In this document: positions 47,142 through 56,722 of the stretch, in pieces | Numbering within the stretch: position 1 is the first letter of the stretch | Layout: every line of letters starts with the position of its first letter | Assembly: GCA_030152305.1 (NCBI GenBank) | Contig: JASKOM010000010.1 | Span: forward strand, 10,797-74,796 | Length of the DNA stretch: 64,000 bases | Direction of reading: 5' to 3' | Origin: Campylobacterota bacterium | GTDB taxonomy: Bacteria; Campylobacterota; Campylobacteria; Campylobacterales; Thiovulaceae | The notes under the pieces: generated by a model | The model's database searches: none | Told to the model about the DNA's origin: nothing | What the model saw: only the letters and a program-made list of their open reading frames with translations | Made by a program: the position numbers and the translations under genes

Positions 47142-48202
47142 TTGTTTAAATTATTTCTTACCTCATCGCTATCAATTTCAATTATGTGGAGTTCATCAAT
47201 TTCTGGAGTTGGTTTTGGTTCAACAATTGAACAAGCGAAAAAAGAAGCACTTGCTGATGTCATTTCAAATATTGGAGGAATGGTTTCATCCTCTTTTTCA
47301 CAAACTCAAATTATAAATGGAAATAATATAGCTGAAAATAATCGAGAACGAATAATTAAAGTTGATCAAAATTATCCGTTATTAATGCCAACATTTTCTC
47401 AACCCGAACAAGAAAATGAGCAATATAAAATTACGGCAACAATTGATGGCTTAAAATCAGCTAAGCAATATATTAATCAAATGGCAATATTAGATAAAGG
47501 TATAAAACTTGAAATAGCTGAAGCAGAAAAACAGCAAGATACTCGTTTAAAAATAGAACTTTATGAAAATGTTATTTCTCAAATGACTGAATTTGAAAAA
47601 TATTCAACAATGGCAAGTATTCTTGATATAAAAAACACACCAATTTTAATGATTTCTCCGTCTGTAATCGAAAATGAAATAGCAAAATTATCTTTTCAAA
47701 ATAACAATAACGATCTCATAAAATATGATCGAGAAGAATTTGTTGTTAAATTAAAATCTGATCGTTCTGATTCTAATAGAGTTTTGCCACTTGGCGAACA
47801 TTACGAACTTTTTTTGCAAGTTTCACATCGTGGCTATTTTTATATGATAAATCATTCAATTAATGACAACAACGAAAGTTATTCATATCTTGTTGAATTT
47901 GATGAAAATAGCCAAAATATTGGCAAATTTATTACTGAAATTAAAAATAATCAAATAAATGGTTTTCAATTGGTAAATTCGAAGTTATCGAACCTTTAGG
48001 TAATGAATATATTGAAATTGTTGTTTCTCAAAAGCCTTTTAAATCACTGCCTAAATTTAAAAAAGTTACTAAATATGATGAGGTAGTTTATATGCTTGAA
48101 GGTAGAGCATCAAAAAATATACGAGAACTTGAAATAAATAGAGCCGTTAAAAAATTAAATGAAAAAGTTGCTAAATTTTATTATAAAAGTATTGCGAATT
48201 AA
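47142..48202 (+). pseudogene. LPP20-like / DUF4384-like secreted protein interrupted by a frameshift
   Basis: Frame A (47142-47999) ends at TAG. Frame B opens at 47951 and continues to 48202: SNKWFSIGKFEVIEPLGNEYIEIVVSQKPF...KSIAN*. That is the expected continuation of the domain. Confidence 0.55.
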
Positions 48203-48234
48203 TTTAAAAATAAATTAAATTAATTATTGGCTAA

Positions 48235-48243
48235 TGGTAGAAT
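48235..48243 (+). promoter_or_regulatory. Extended -10 TGGTAGAAT upstream of typA
   Basis: 33 nt upstream of the TTG start. GGAGA ribosome-binding site at 48264-48268. Confidence 0.45.
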
Positions 48244-48275
48244 TCCAGAAATAGAAATATATTTGGAGAAAATTT

Positions 48276-50081
48276 TTGCAAAAAATTAGAAATATAGCAG
48301 TTATTGCCCATGTTGACCACGGCAAAACAACACTTGTTGATGGATTATTAAGACAATCAGGGACATTTTCTGCTCACGAAGCTGTTGGCGAACGAGTTAT
48401 GGATTCAAACGACTTAGAACGAGAACGAGGAATTACAATTCTTTCGAAAAATACAGCGATTAATTATCAAGGTATGAAAATTAATATTATCGATACACCT
48501 GGACATGCTGACTTCGGTGGTGAAGTTGAACGAGTTCTTAAAATGGTCGACGGTGCTTTATTAGTCGTTGATGCTTATGAAGGTGTTATGCCACAAACAA
48601 AATTCGTTGTTAAAAAAATGTTAGGTTTCGGCTTAAAACCGATTCTTGTTGTTAATAAAATTGATAAACCAACTGCTGAACCTGAACGAGTCGTTAATGA
48701 AATTTTTGACTTATTTGTTCAAATGAATGCAACTGATGATCAATTAGAATTTACGACTGTTTATGCTTCAGCAAAATCAGGAATTGCAAAATTAGATTTA
48801 AAACATGAAAGTTCAAATTTTGTTCCACTTTTTGAAACGATTGTTAAATCTATTCCAGAACCAACAGGTTCAGCTGAAAATCCAACACAATTACAAGTTT
48901 TCACTTTGGATTATGATAATTATGTTGGTAAAATCGGAATTGCTCGAGTATTTAACGGAACAATCGAAAAAGGTCAAACAATATTATTAGCAAAAGCTGA
49001 TGGCGAAAAAGTTAAAGGTCGAGTTTCAAAATTAATTGGTTTCCATGGTCTTCAACGAAAAGAAATCGATCGAGCTGAAGCGGGTGATATCGTTGCCGTT
49101 GCTGGTCTTGAAACTATCGATGTTGGCGATTCTATCGTTGATATTAATAATCCAATGCCACTTGATCCAATGCACATCGAAGAACCAACTATTTCGGTTG
49201 TTTATGCTGTTAATGATTCTCCACTTGCTGGACTTGAAGGCAAAAGTGTAACTTCGAATAAAATTCAAGAACGATTATTTAAAGAAATGCAAACAAATAT
49301 TGCTATGAAACTTGAAATCGTTGGCGAAGGCAAATTCAAAGTTTCAGGTCGAGGCGAATTACAATTAACAATTCTTGCTGAAAACATGAGACGAGAAGGT
49401 TTCGAATTTGCAATTTCACGACCAGAAGTTATTACTCGAGAAGTTGATGGAGTTCATCTTGAACCGTTTGAACATCTTGTTATTGACATTCCAGAAGAAT
49501 TTAGCGGAACAATTATCGAACGATTAGGTCGCCGAAAAGCTGAAATGACTTCAATGGTTCCAATGGGTGTCGGTCAACAACGAATCGAATTTGAAATTCC
49601 TGCAAGAGGCTTAATCGGTTTTAGAGGTCAATTTTTAACAGATACAAAAGGTGAAGGTATCATGAACCATTCATTCTTAGAATATAGACCATATTCTGGT
49701 GCTGTTGAAAGTCGATCAAACGGTGCTTTAATTTCTATGGAAAATGGCGATGCGGTAGCTTATTCATTAAATAATATTCAAGAACGAGGAGTTTTATTTA
49801 TTGGACCGCAAACAAAAATTTATGTAGGAATGATTATCGGAGAACATAGCCGACCAAATGACTTAGATGTTAATCCAGCAAAAGGAAAACATTTAACAAA
49901 CATGAGAGCTTCAGGTTCAGATGATGCAATTAAACTTGTTCCACCAAGAAATTTAAGTCTTGAAAAAGCTCTTGAATGGATTGAAGATGACGAATTATTA
50001 GAAATTACTCCATTAAGTATTCGAATTCGAAAAAAAGAACTCGATGCATCAAAACGAAAAAGATCTTCTAATAAAAAATAA
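48276..50081 (+). CDS. typA: Translational GTPase TypA/BipA
   Basis: [31 protein letters not shown], and the BipA-specific C-terminal domain. Confidence 0.95.
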   Translation: MQKIRNIAVIAHVDHGKTTLVDGLLRQSGTFSAHEAVGERVMDSNDLERERGITILSKNTAINYQGMKINIIDTPGHADFGGEVERVLKMVDGALLVVDAYEGVMPQTKFVVKKMLGFGLKPILVVNKIDKPTAEPERVVNEIFDLFVQMNATDDQLEFTTVYASAKSGIAKLDLKHESSNFVPLFETIVKSIPEPTGSAENPTQLQVFTLDYDNYVGKIGIARVFNGTIEKGQTILLAKADGEKVKGRVSKLIGFHGLQRKEIDRAEAGDIVAVAGLETIDVGDSIVDINNPMPLDPMHIEEPTISVVYAVNDSPLAGLEGKSVTSNKIQERLFKEMQTNIAMKLEIVGEGKFKVSGRGELQLTILAENMRREGFEFAISRPEVITREVDGVHLEPFEHLVIDIPEEFSGTIIERLGRRKAEMTSMVPMGVGQQRIEFEIPARGLIGFRGQFLTDTKGEGIMNHSFLEYRPYSGAVESRSNGALISMENGDAVAYSLNNIQERGVLFIGPQTKIYVGMIIGEHSRPNDLDVNPAKGKHLTNMRASGSDDAIKLVPPRNLSLEKALEWIEDDELLEITPLSIRIRKKELDASKRKRSSNKK

Positions 50082-50131
50082 ATTATATTAATATCTGTTT
50101 TTATAAAATTTTAAAATGATCTATTAAATGG

Positions 50132-50140
50132 TGGTAGAAT
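50132..50140 (+). promoter_or_regulatory. Extended -10 TGGTAGAAT upstream of rppH
   Basis: 31 nt upstream of the GTG start. It shares AATGGT(GG)TAGAATTCCA with the typA promoter. Confidence 0.45.
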
Positions 50141-50170
50141 TCCACCAGATCAATTTATAGGTGAAAACAG

Positions 50171-50656
50171 GTGTTACATACAAAGGTAGAAAAAAGATAC
50201 AGACCTAATGTAGCTGCCATTGTCCTTTCATCAAAATATCCAGATAAGTGTGAATTGTTCATAGCAAAAAGAACAGATGTTGCTGATGCTTGGCAATTTC
50301 CACAAGGAGGTATCGACGAAGGAGAAAGTCCAAAAGAGGCTTTATTTCGTGAATTACAAGAGGAAATTGGAACTAATAACATAGAAATTGTTGGTAAATT
50401 TCCAAGGTGGATTTCTTATGATTTTCCATCAGCTATTTCTGAACGAATGTATCCTTATGATGGACAAAAACAGCAATATTATTTGGTTAGGCTAAAAAAC
50501 GGAACAAAGATCGATTTAAATTTAGGCAAACCTGAATTTAATGAATATAAATTCATCGCATTAAATTCTGTTTTCGAACATATTACTTATTTTAAAAGAC
50601 ATGTGTATCGAAAAGTATTATCCTATTTTATTAAAGAGGGTTATTTATTATGTTAA
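50171..50656 (+). CDS. rppH: RNA pyrophosphohydrolase (Nudix)
   Basis: [10 protein letters not shown]-terminus and Nudix box [22 protein letters not shown]. Confidence 0.85.
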   Translation: MLHTKVEKRYRPNVAAIVLSSKYPDKCELFIAKRTDVADAWQFPQGGIDEGESPKEALFRELQEEIGTNNIEIVGKFPRWISYDFPSAISERMYPYDGQKQQYYLVRLKNGTKIDLNLGKPEFNEYKFIALNSVFEHITYFKRHVYRKVLSYFIKEGYLLC

Positions 50657-51870
50657 TTGTTCAAAAATATGGTGGAACAAGTGTTGGTTCGCTAGAAAGA
50701 ATTGAAAAAGTAGCAGAACGAGTCATTAAAACAGCATCTGAAGGTCATAAAATTGTTGTTGTCGTTTCAGCAATGAGTGGCGAAACAAATAAATTAATTT
50801 CATATGCTAAATATTTTTCGCCTATTCCTAAAGAAAGCGAAATGGATATTTTAATGAGTTCAGGCGAACGAGTTACTTCGGCACTTCTAGCTATCGCACT
50901 TCATGCTAAAGGTTATCAATCTATTTCATTAAGTGGTCGCGGTGCTGGTATTGTTACAGACAGTAATTTCACAAAAGCACGAATCGAAACTATAGATCCA
51001 AATCCTATTTTATCAGCCGTTAATGATGGCAATATAATCGTTATCGCTGGTTTTCAAGGTGTCGATGAACACGGTCGAGTAACAACTCTCGGTCGTGGTG
51101 GTAGCGATTTATCAGCTGTTGCTATTGCTGGTGCTATCAATGCTGATTTATGTGAAATTTATACTGATGTTGATGGTGTTTATACGACAGATCCACGAAT
51201 TGAACCAAAAGCTAAAAAATTAAATGTTATTAGCTATGACGAAATGCTTGAAATGGCTAGTTTGGGAGCAAAAGTTCTTCAAACTCGATCTGTTGAAATG
51301 GCTAAAAAATTAAATGTTAATCTTGTTACGAGATCAAGTTTTAATGAAAACGAAGGAACTTTAATTACTCACGAGGATAAAATTATGGAAAAACCTTTAG
51401 TTAGTGGTATCGCTCTTGATAAAAATCAATCAAGAGTTGGACTTATTGGTGTTGTTGATAAACCAGGTATCGCTTCAGAAATATTTGGTGCTTTGTCATC
51501 GTCAAATATAAATGTTGATATGATCGTTCAAACTAGTGGTGGCGGTCTTGGTGAAAATATTACGAATATCGATTTTACAGTTAATCGCGATGAACTTGCA
51601 AAAGCTGAAAAATGTATTCATAAATTCAAAGATTCTCACGAAATTCGAGATATTCAAATTAATAGCAATATTGCAAAAGTTTCTGTTGTTGGTGTTGGAA
51701 TGAAATCTCACACTGGTGTAGCTTCTAATGCTTTTACAACAATGGCAAAAGAAAATATAAATATCATGATGATCAGCACAAGCGAAATCAAAATTTCAAT
51801 GGTTATCGATGATAAATATAGCGAATTAGCTGTTCGAGCTTTACATTCTGCTTATCAACTCGATAAATAA
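50650..51870 (+). CDS. lysC: Aspartate kinase
   Basis: [22 protein letters not shown], and two C-terminal ACT domains. The start overlaps the rppH stop. Confidence 0.95.
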   Translation: MLIVQKYGGTSVGSLERIEKVAERVIKTASEGHKIVVVVSAMSGETNKLISYAKYFSPIPKESEMDILMSSGERVTSALLAIALHAKGYQSISLSGRGAGIVTDSNFTKARIETIDPNPILSAVNDGNIIVIAGFQGVDEHGRVTTLGRGGSDLSAVAIAGAINADLCEIYTDVDGVYTTDPRIEPKAKKLNVISYDEMLEMASLGAKVLQTRSVEMAKKLNVNLVTRSSFNENEGTLITHEDKIMEKPLVSGIALDKNQSRVGLIGVVDKPGIASEIFGALSSSNINVDMIVQTSGGGLGENITNIDFTVNRDELAKAEKCIHKFKDSHEIRDIQINSNIAKVSVVGVGMKSHTGVASNAFTTMAKENINIMMISTSEIKISMVIDDKYSELAVRALHSAYQLDK

Positions 51871-51899
51871 TTAATTTTTTAATAAATAAAATATAAATT

Positions 51900-51928
51900 A
51901 CCTCATCGCATAAATTAATCGATGAGGT
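51900..51928 (+). terminator. Terminator-like hairpin built from an inverted ACCTCATCG / CGATGAGGT pair after lysC
   Basis: Perfect 9-bp stem with an 11-nt loop, followed by CTAATTTTC. Confidence 0.6.
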
Positions 51929-52090
51929 CTAATTTTCATTCTTCAAAATAACTACGTGAACAAATAATAATTAATCGATTTTCTAAGATATTTGAAATAA
52001 ATAATATTATTAAAATATTTAAGTTATATAAAAATATATACGATATTCGAAAATAAACAAATTAAACTAAAAAATAAATTAGGAGCAAAA

Positions 52091-52747
52091 ATGAAATTTG
52101 TATCAAAAAATATGTTTGCATTGTCCACTGCGACGATATTTGTATTATCTGGTTGTATGTCAAAAGATGTGCCTTCTGATATTCCAGGTTTAACAAAAAA
52201 AGAAGTTGAAAAATATCAAGAACAACAAGAAAATCCTGATAAATGTTACGAGGGTGGAATTGAAGCTCCAAAATGGATCTGTGATCCATATGTTGAAGGT
52301 GGTTTAGGTGCTGTTGGTTCAGCTCAAGCAAATCCACTCGGTAGAAATTTCCAACAAACTGAAGCAATGGCAAATGCAAGAGATTCTTTAGCTAGAGAAC
52401 TTGGAACAAAAGTTAAAAATATGTTTAAAAATTTTGCTCAAACAACAGGTGTTGGTGAAGATCAAACAGTTGAAAAAGTTGCAACAAATGCTTCAAAACA
52501 AATTGCAAATCAAAATATCGAAGGTGCAAGACAAAAAAATAGATGGATCGCTCCAGATGGAACATTATTTATTCATGTTGTTCTTGATCCAAAAGGTGTC
52601 GAAGATTTTAAAGCAAAAGCAAAAAATACTGTTAAAAGTTCATTACGAAATGAACAAGCTTTATATCAACAATTTGTTGCAAAAAAATCAATGGAAGAAT
52701 TAGATGCTGAAATTGATAAAATCGAAAAAGAGGTCAATGGTCAATAA
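52091..52747 (+). CDS. lpp20: LPP20-family lipoprotein
   Basis: Lipobox LSGC. APKWICDP...GAVGSAQ...TEAMANARDSLARELGTKV matches the LPP20 domain pattern known from Helicobacter Lpp20. Confidence 0.7.
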   Translation: MKFVSKNMFALSTATIFVLSGCMSKDVPSDIPGLTKKEVEKYQEQQENPDKCYEGGIEAPKWICDPYVEGGLGAVGSAQANPLGRNFQQTEAMANARDSLARELGTKVKNMFKNFAQTTGVGEDQTVEKVATNASKQIANQNIEGARQKNRWIAPDGTLFIHVVLDPKGVEDFKAKAKNTVKSSLRNEQALYQQFVAKKSMEELDAEIDKIEKEVNGQ

Positions 52748-52750
52748 TCC

Positions 52751-52936
52751 ATGAAAATATCTGCTTTTTTATTATCAGCAATATTTTTATTTTTAGGTTG
52801 TAGTTCAAATGAAGAAATTGTTCAAAAACCTGAATTAAATTATTATCAAAAACGAGAAATAAATCAATATCAACAATACAATTCTAAAAAAGCAATGGAA
52901 GATTTAGAAGATTCTGTTAAAAATAGCGAACAATGA
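52751..52936 (+). CDS. Small lipoprotein (61 aa) of the lpp20 operon
   Basis: Signal peptide plus lipobox FLGC. It is tightly packed between two LPP20-type genes and overlaps the next start. Confidence 0.5.
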   Translation: MKISAFLLSAIFLFLGCSSNEEIVQKPELNYYQKREINQYQQYNSKKAMEDLEDSVKNSEQ

Positions 52937-53370
52937 TTGTTAGATTTTCTTTTTTAATTAGTGCTGTTTTATTATTGACAGGTTGTAATAATAAAACAAT
53001 TCAACCTGTTACTAATGTTCAACCAATTCGAAAAGTTACAACTGAAAAACCTTTTTGGATAGCCGAACCTCAATTACATCCAGCCATTCAAGGCAAAATA
53101 TACGGTATCGGTTCGTCAAAAGATCATATACGAGGTGATAGAGCAAAAAGACAATTAGCAATATCAACCGCAATTAACGAAATAGCTAGTCAAAAAGGTA
53201 TAAAAGTTGATAGCGAATTAGAAGTTTTTCAAACTGGTGGAGATAAATCTTCGAGTGCGATTCAACAATATTCTATTCAAACAGTTGAAGGAAAAACTGT
53301 TAATGCAAAAATAATTGACAGTTGGGAAGATTCAAACAGTAAAGAACTTTGGATTTTAATGGCAGAATAA
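52933..53370 (+). CDS. LPP20-like lipoprotein
   Basis: Lipobox LTGC. KPFWIAEP...IYGIGSS...RAKRQLAISTAINEIASQKGIKV fits the LPP20 domain pattern. Confidence 0.6.
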   Translation: MIVRFSFLISAVLLLTGCNNKTIQPVTNVQPIRKVTTEKPFWIAEPQLHPAIQGKIYGIGSSKDHIRGDRAKRQLAISTAINEIASQKGIKVDSELEVFQTGGDKSSSAIQQYSIQTVEGKTVNAKIIDSWEDSNSKELWILMAE

Positions 53371-53508
53371 TATATATAACACTATTGTTTTATTAACATA
53401 GTGTTTCATTTAAATCTTCATCATCTTCATAAAATAAAATCACTATTTATTAAATAAAACATTTTGTTATTATTCATATTAAATTAAACTTCAATCAAGT
53501 GAAATGAT

Positions 53509-55212
53509 ATGTTAAACAATTTCAAAAGACTTTTACCTTATTTAAAAGGTTATAAACAATATTATATATTTGTTACGATTGGCATAATATTAACAGCAAT
53601 TGGAACAGTTGCAACAGCACATATTATTCAACCTATTTTAGATGATATTTTTATAGCTAAAAATCATGAAGCTTTATATATATTTCCAATATTTATATTT
53701 ATTATATATTTTGTTAAAGGAATTGGCAGATATATAACTGGTTACTTTACAAATGCTATTGGTGAATCTGTAATTATGAATCTTCGCAATGAAATGTTAA
53801 ACAAAATTCTTCATTTTGATTTGGCTCATATCAATTCGATTCGCAATGGAGAATTAATGAGTAGAATCAGTGGCGATATTGCTAGAGTAAAATTTGTTGT
53901 TTCTGATATGCTTCCTGAATTGTCTCGCGAATCCGTTACCGTTATAGGCTTAATTATTTATGTCTTTTATCAAAATCCAGTTTTATCTTTTTATGCTCTT
54001 GTTATTTTGCCAATAACTTTTTATCCGTTGTCGATACTTTCAAAAAAAATGAAAGATAGTTCTAAGATTTCTCAAGAACGAAGTGCTGATTTAATGTCAA
54101 GATTATCTGAAATTTTTAATAACATTGAAATTATCAAAGCTAATTCAAAAGAAACTTTCGAACTTTCTCAATTTAAACAAGATAGTCTTAGTCTGTTGGA
54201 TATTTCGTTACAGTCTGCAAAGATTTATCAATTTGTTTCTCCAATGATGGAAATGTATAGTTCGCTTTCTATTGCTCTTGTAATTATTTTTGGAGGTCAA
54301 GCTGTTATTGACGGCGACATGACCGTTGGTAATTTCTTCGCTTTTTTAACTGCAATCGGTTTGCTTTTTGATCCAATAAAAAAAATATCAGCCATATTTA
54401 ATAAAATGCAAGATGGTATTTCAGCAATTGAACGAATATTTCAAATTATTAATATTCAACCAGAAATAATAAGCGGAGATATAAAAATCGATTCGATAAA
54501 TAATATAAAATTTAAAAATGTTTGTTTTTCTTATGGCGAAATTACAGTTTTGTCTAATATTAATTTTGATATTTATCGTGGTGAAACTATTGCTTTAATC
54601 GGTGAAAGTGGCGGTGGCAAAAGTTCAATATTAAATTTAATTATTAGATTTTTAGATAGAACAAATGGCGATTTATTTATTAATAATATCGATATTTCGC
54701 AAATAGCTTTACCATCGTTACGAGAACAAATATCTTTCGTTTCTCAAAGAGTTTATTTATTTAATGATACTGTTGCCAAAAATGTCGCATACGGCGATGA
54801 GGTAAATCCCGAAAGAGTTATTGAAGCTTTAAAAATAGCTGATGCTTTTTTATTCGTTGAAGATATGGGCGGAATTAATTCTATGATTTTACAATTTGGA
54901 AATAATTTATCAGGCGGTCAAAGACAACGAATTTCGATAGCACGAGCTTTATATAAAAAGTCTTCGATATTAATTCTTGATGAAGCAACTTCAGCTCTTG
55001 ATAATAATTCTGAACAACGAATATTAGAAAATTTGAAACAATATATAAAAGACAAAATCGTAATTACAGTTGCTCATCGACTTTCTACGATAAGTCGTGC
55101 TGATAAAATAGCTGTTTTTTCAAAAGGCAAAATAGTAGCTTTTGGCAAACACGAAGAACTTATTAAATATTCAAATGAATATCAAAATTTATATAATTCT
55201 GGACTATTTTAA
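53509..55212 (+). CDS. msbA: ABC exporter, fused TMD-NBD (MsbA-like lipid A flippase family)
   Basis: Six TM helices, Walker A GESGGGKSS, signature LSGGQRQR, Walker B ILILDEATSALD. Confidence 0.75.
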   Translation: MLNNFKRLLPYLKGYKQYYIFVTIGIILTAIGTVATAHIIQPILDDIFIAKNHEALYIFPIFIFIIYFVKGIGRYITGYFTNAIGESVIMNLRNEMLNKILHFDLAHINSIRNGELMSRISGDIARVKFVVSDMLPELSRESVTVIGLIIYVFYQNPVLSFYALVILPITFYPLSILSKKMKDSSKISQERSADLMSRLSEIFNNIEIIKANSKETFELSQFKQDSLSLLDISLQSAKIYQFVSPMMEMYSSLSIALVIIFGGQAVIDGDMTVGNFFAFLTAIGLLFDPIKKISAIFNKMQDGISAIERIFQIINIQPEIISGDIKIDSINNIKFKNVCFSYGEITVLSNINFDIYRGETIALIGESGGGKSSILNLIIRFLDRTNGDLFINNIDISQIALPSLREQISFVSQRVYLFNDTVAKNVAYGDEVNPERVIEALKIADAFLFVEDMGGINSMILQFGNNLSGGQRQRISIARALYKKSSILILDEATSALDNNSEQRILENLKQYIKDKIVITVAHRLSTISRADKIAVFSKGKIVAFGKHEELIKYSNEYQNLYNSGLF

Positions 55213-55266
55213 ATAAATTAAAATTTAATTCCATAGTCAATAAATCTATGGAATTTATACAAATAT

Positions 55267-56025
55267 TTAGTTAATATTTATTTTATTAAAAAACGAATCA
55301 AGATGAAAATTACTAAAAGATCTATTTATGGACTCGAACATCGATGGATGTTTTTTTTCTAAGTCTGCTAACATTTCTTTCATTTCAGCTCGAACATGAG
55401 GCATTTTTATATTAAACTTCATCGATGGACAGGCATCATTTCCAATTAATGGAAAATTATTTTTCAAAGCTCCATCGAATAGTTGTCTTTCTCGAATTTG
55501 AATCAACGGACGAATAATTTCAAGTCCATTTTCTGCTTGATATTTTGGAGCTAATGCTCTCATTGTGCTGTTATAAAACATGTTCATAAAAAAACTTTCT
55601 ACGGCATCGTCAAGATGATGACCTAAAGCTAATTTATTAAAACCTAATTTTGTTGTTGCACTATATAAAGCTCCTCGTCGCATTCTCGAAAAAAAAGAAC
55701 AATACGAACTATTTTCTCTGATTTTGTCTGAAGCAATATCAAAAATTTCTGTTTTATATATTTGATGAGGTATCTCATATTCTTTTGTATGAGCAATTAA
55801 ATTATCAAAATTTTCACCCATTCCATAATCAATCGTAACTGCAAGAAATTCAAATTTAAACGGTGCATGTCTCATTGTTCTTTTTAAAATATGAGCCAAC
55901 ATCAACGAATCTTTACCGCCACTTAAACCTAAAATAATTCGATCACCTTCGTTAATTAAATTAAATTCGCTGTTTGTTTTGCCAACTTGTCTTAATATTT
56001 TTTTACTTATTTCTATTTTTTGCAA
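55267..56025 (-). CDS. ttcA: tRNA 2-thiocytidine biosynthesis PP-loop ATPase (TtcA family)
   Basis: PP-loop LSGGKDS, CSFFSRMRRGALY, GHHLDD. Confidence 0.8.
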   Translation of the reverse strand: MQKIEISKKILRQVGKTNSEFNLINEGDRIILGLSGGKDSLMLAHILKRTMRHAPFKFEFLAVTIDYGMGENFDNLIAHTKEYEIPHQIYKTEIFDIASDKIRENSSYCSFFSRMRRGALYSATTKLGFNKLALGHHLDDAVESFFMNMFYNSTMRALAPKYQAENGLEIIRPLIQIRERQLFDGALKNNFPLIGNDACPSMKFNIKMPHVRAEMKEMLADLEKKHPSMFESINRSFSNFHLDSFFNKININ

Positions 56026-56166
56026 TATTTATCCATTTATTAAATAAAAAATTTAAATTAAATAATAACAGTTATTTTATTAATTAATATTTTTATATTC
56101 TTAATATTTATTTAAATAAATAATTAAAATTAATTTAACTTATTTCAAGAATAGCCTAAATACTAA

Positions 56167-56175
56167 TGGTATAAT
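56167..56175 (+). promoter_or_regulatory. Extended -10 TGGTATAAT
   Basis: 32 nt upstream of the ATG at 56207. AAGGA ribosome-binding site. Confidence 0.45.
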
Positions 56176-56206
56176 CACCTTAAATTACAAAACTTAAGGA
56201 TTTCTT

Positions 56207-56722
56207 ATGTTTAAATTTAATTTAAATTGTATTTTTGTCTCTGTTTTAACTTTGACAATTTCCGCTACAGATCTTTTTAGTAATGAAACTCCACAACAGA
56301 TTACATCTCCAACTGAAACTTTAACTCTTTTAGAAACGATTAAAAAAGATGCTATCGTTATTGGAAATGGAACTAAAGAATTTCATTCTTTTATAGATCC
56401 TTTATGTTCTCTGTCTCAAAAATATGTCGAATATTTATATCAAGGTGGTGAAAAATTTTTCAGTAGATATAAAATCTATCTTTATCTTTATGAACTTAAA
56501 AGAAAAAATTCAGCTAATATTATTAAAAATATATTAGAGTCTCAATTTCCAGAAACTACTCTTAAAGCTCTTATGGTTGATGGCACAGTTCAATCAACAG
56601 AATTAAATTCTGAAGTTGATGAATTTGAAATCGAGGAACGAGTATCTCGAATTTCAACAATTGCTGAAAAGATAGGAGTATATAAAAGACCTTTTATTAT
56701 TACTAATGGCAAAGGTAACTAA
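56207..56722 (+). CDS. Periplasmic thioredoxin-fold protein (DsbC/DsbG-like) with CXXS instead of CXXC
   Basis: Signal peptide. VIGNGTKEFHSFIDPLCSLSQKY occupies the position of the F-x-D-P-x-C-P-x-C motif. C-terminal YKRPFIITNGKG. Confidence 0.4.
   Translation: MFKFNLNCIFVSVLTLTISATDLFSNETPQQITSPTETLTLLETIKKDAIVIGNGTKEFHSFIDPLCSLSQKYVEYLYQGGEKFFSRYKIYLYLYELKRKNSANIIKNILESQFPETTLKALMVDGTVQSTELNSEVDEFEIEERVSRISTIAEKIGVYKRPFIITNGKGN

Noticed and set aside
48233-50142. Shared AATGGT(GG)TAGAATTCCA upstream of typA and rppH, considered as a common operator
   Set aside because: Most of the shared sequence is the extended -10 consensus TGnTAnAAT, which also occurs upstream of proS and the 56207 gene at the same spacing. 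The extra TCCA match is too short to claim a regulator site.
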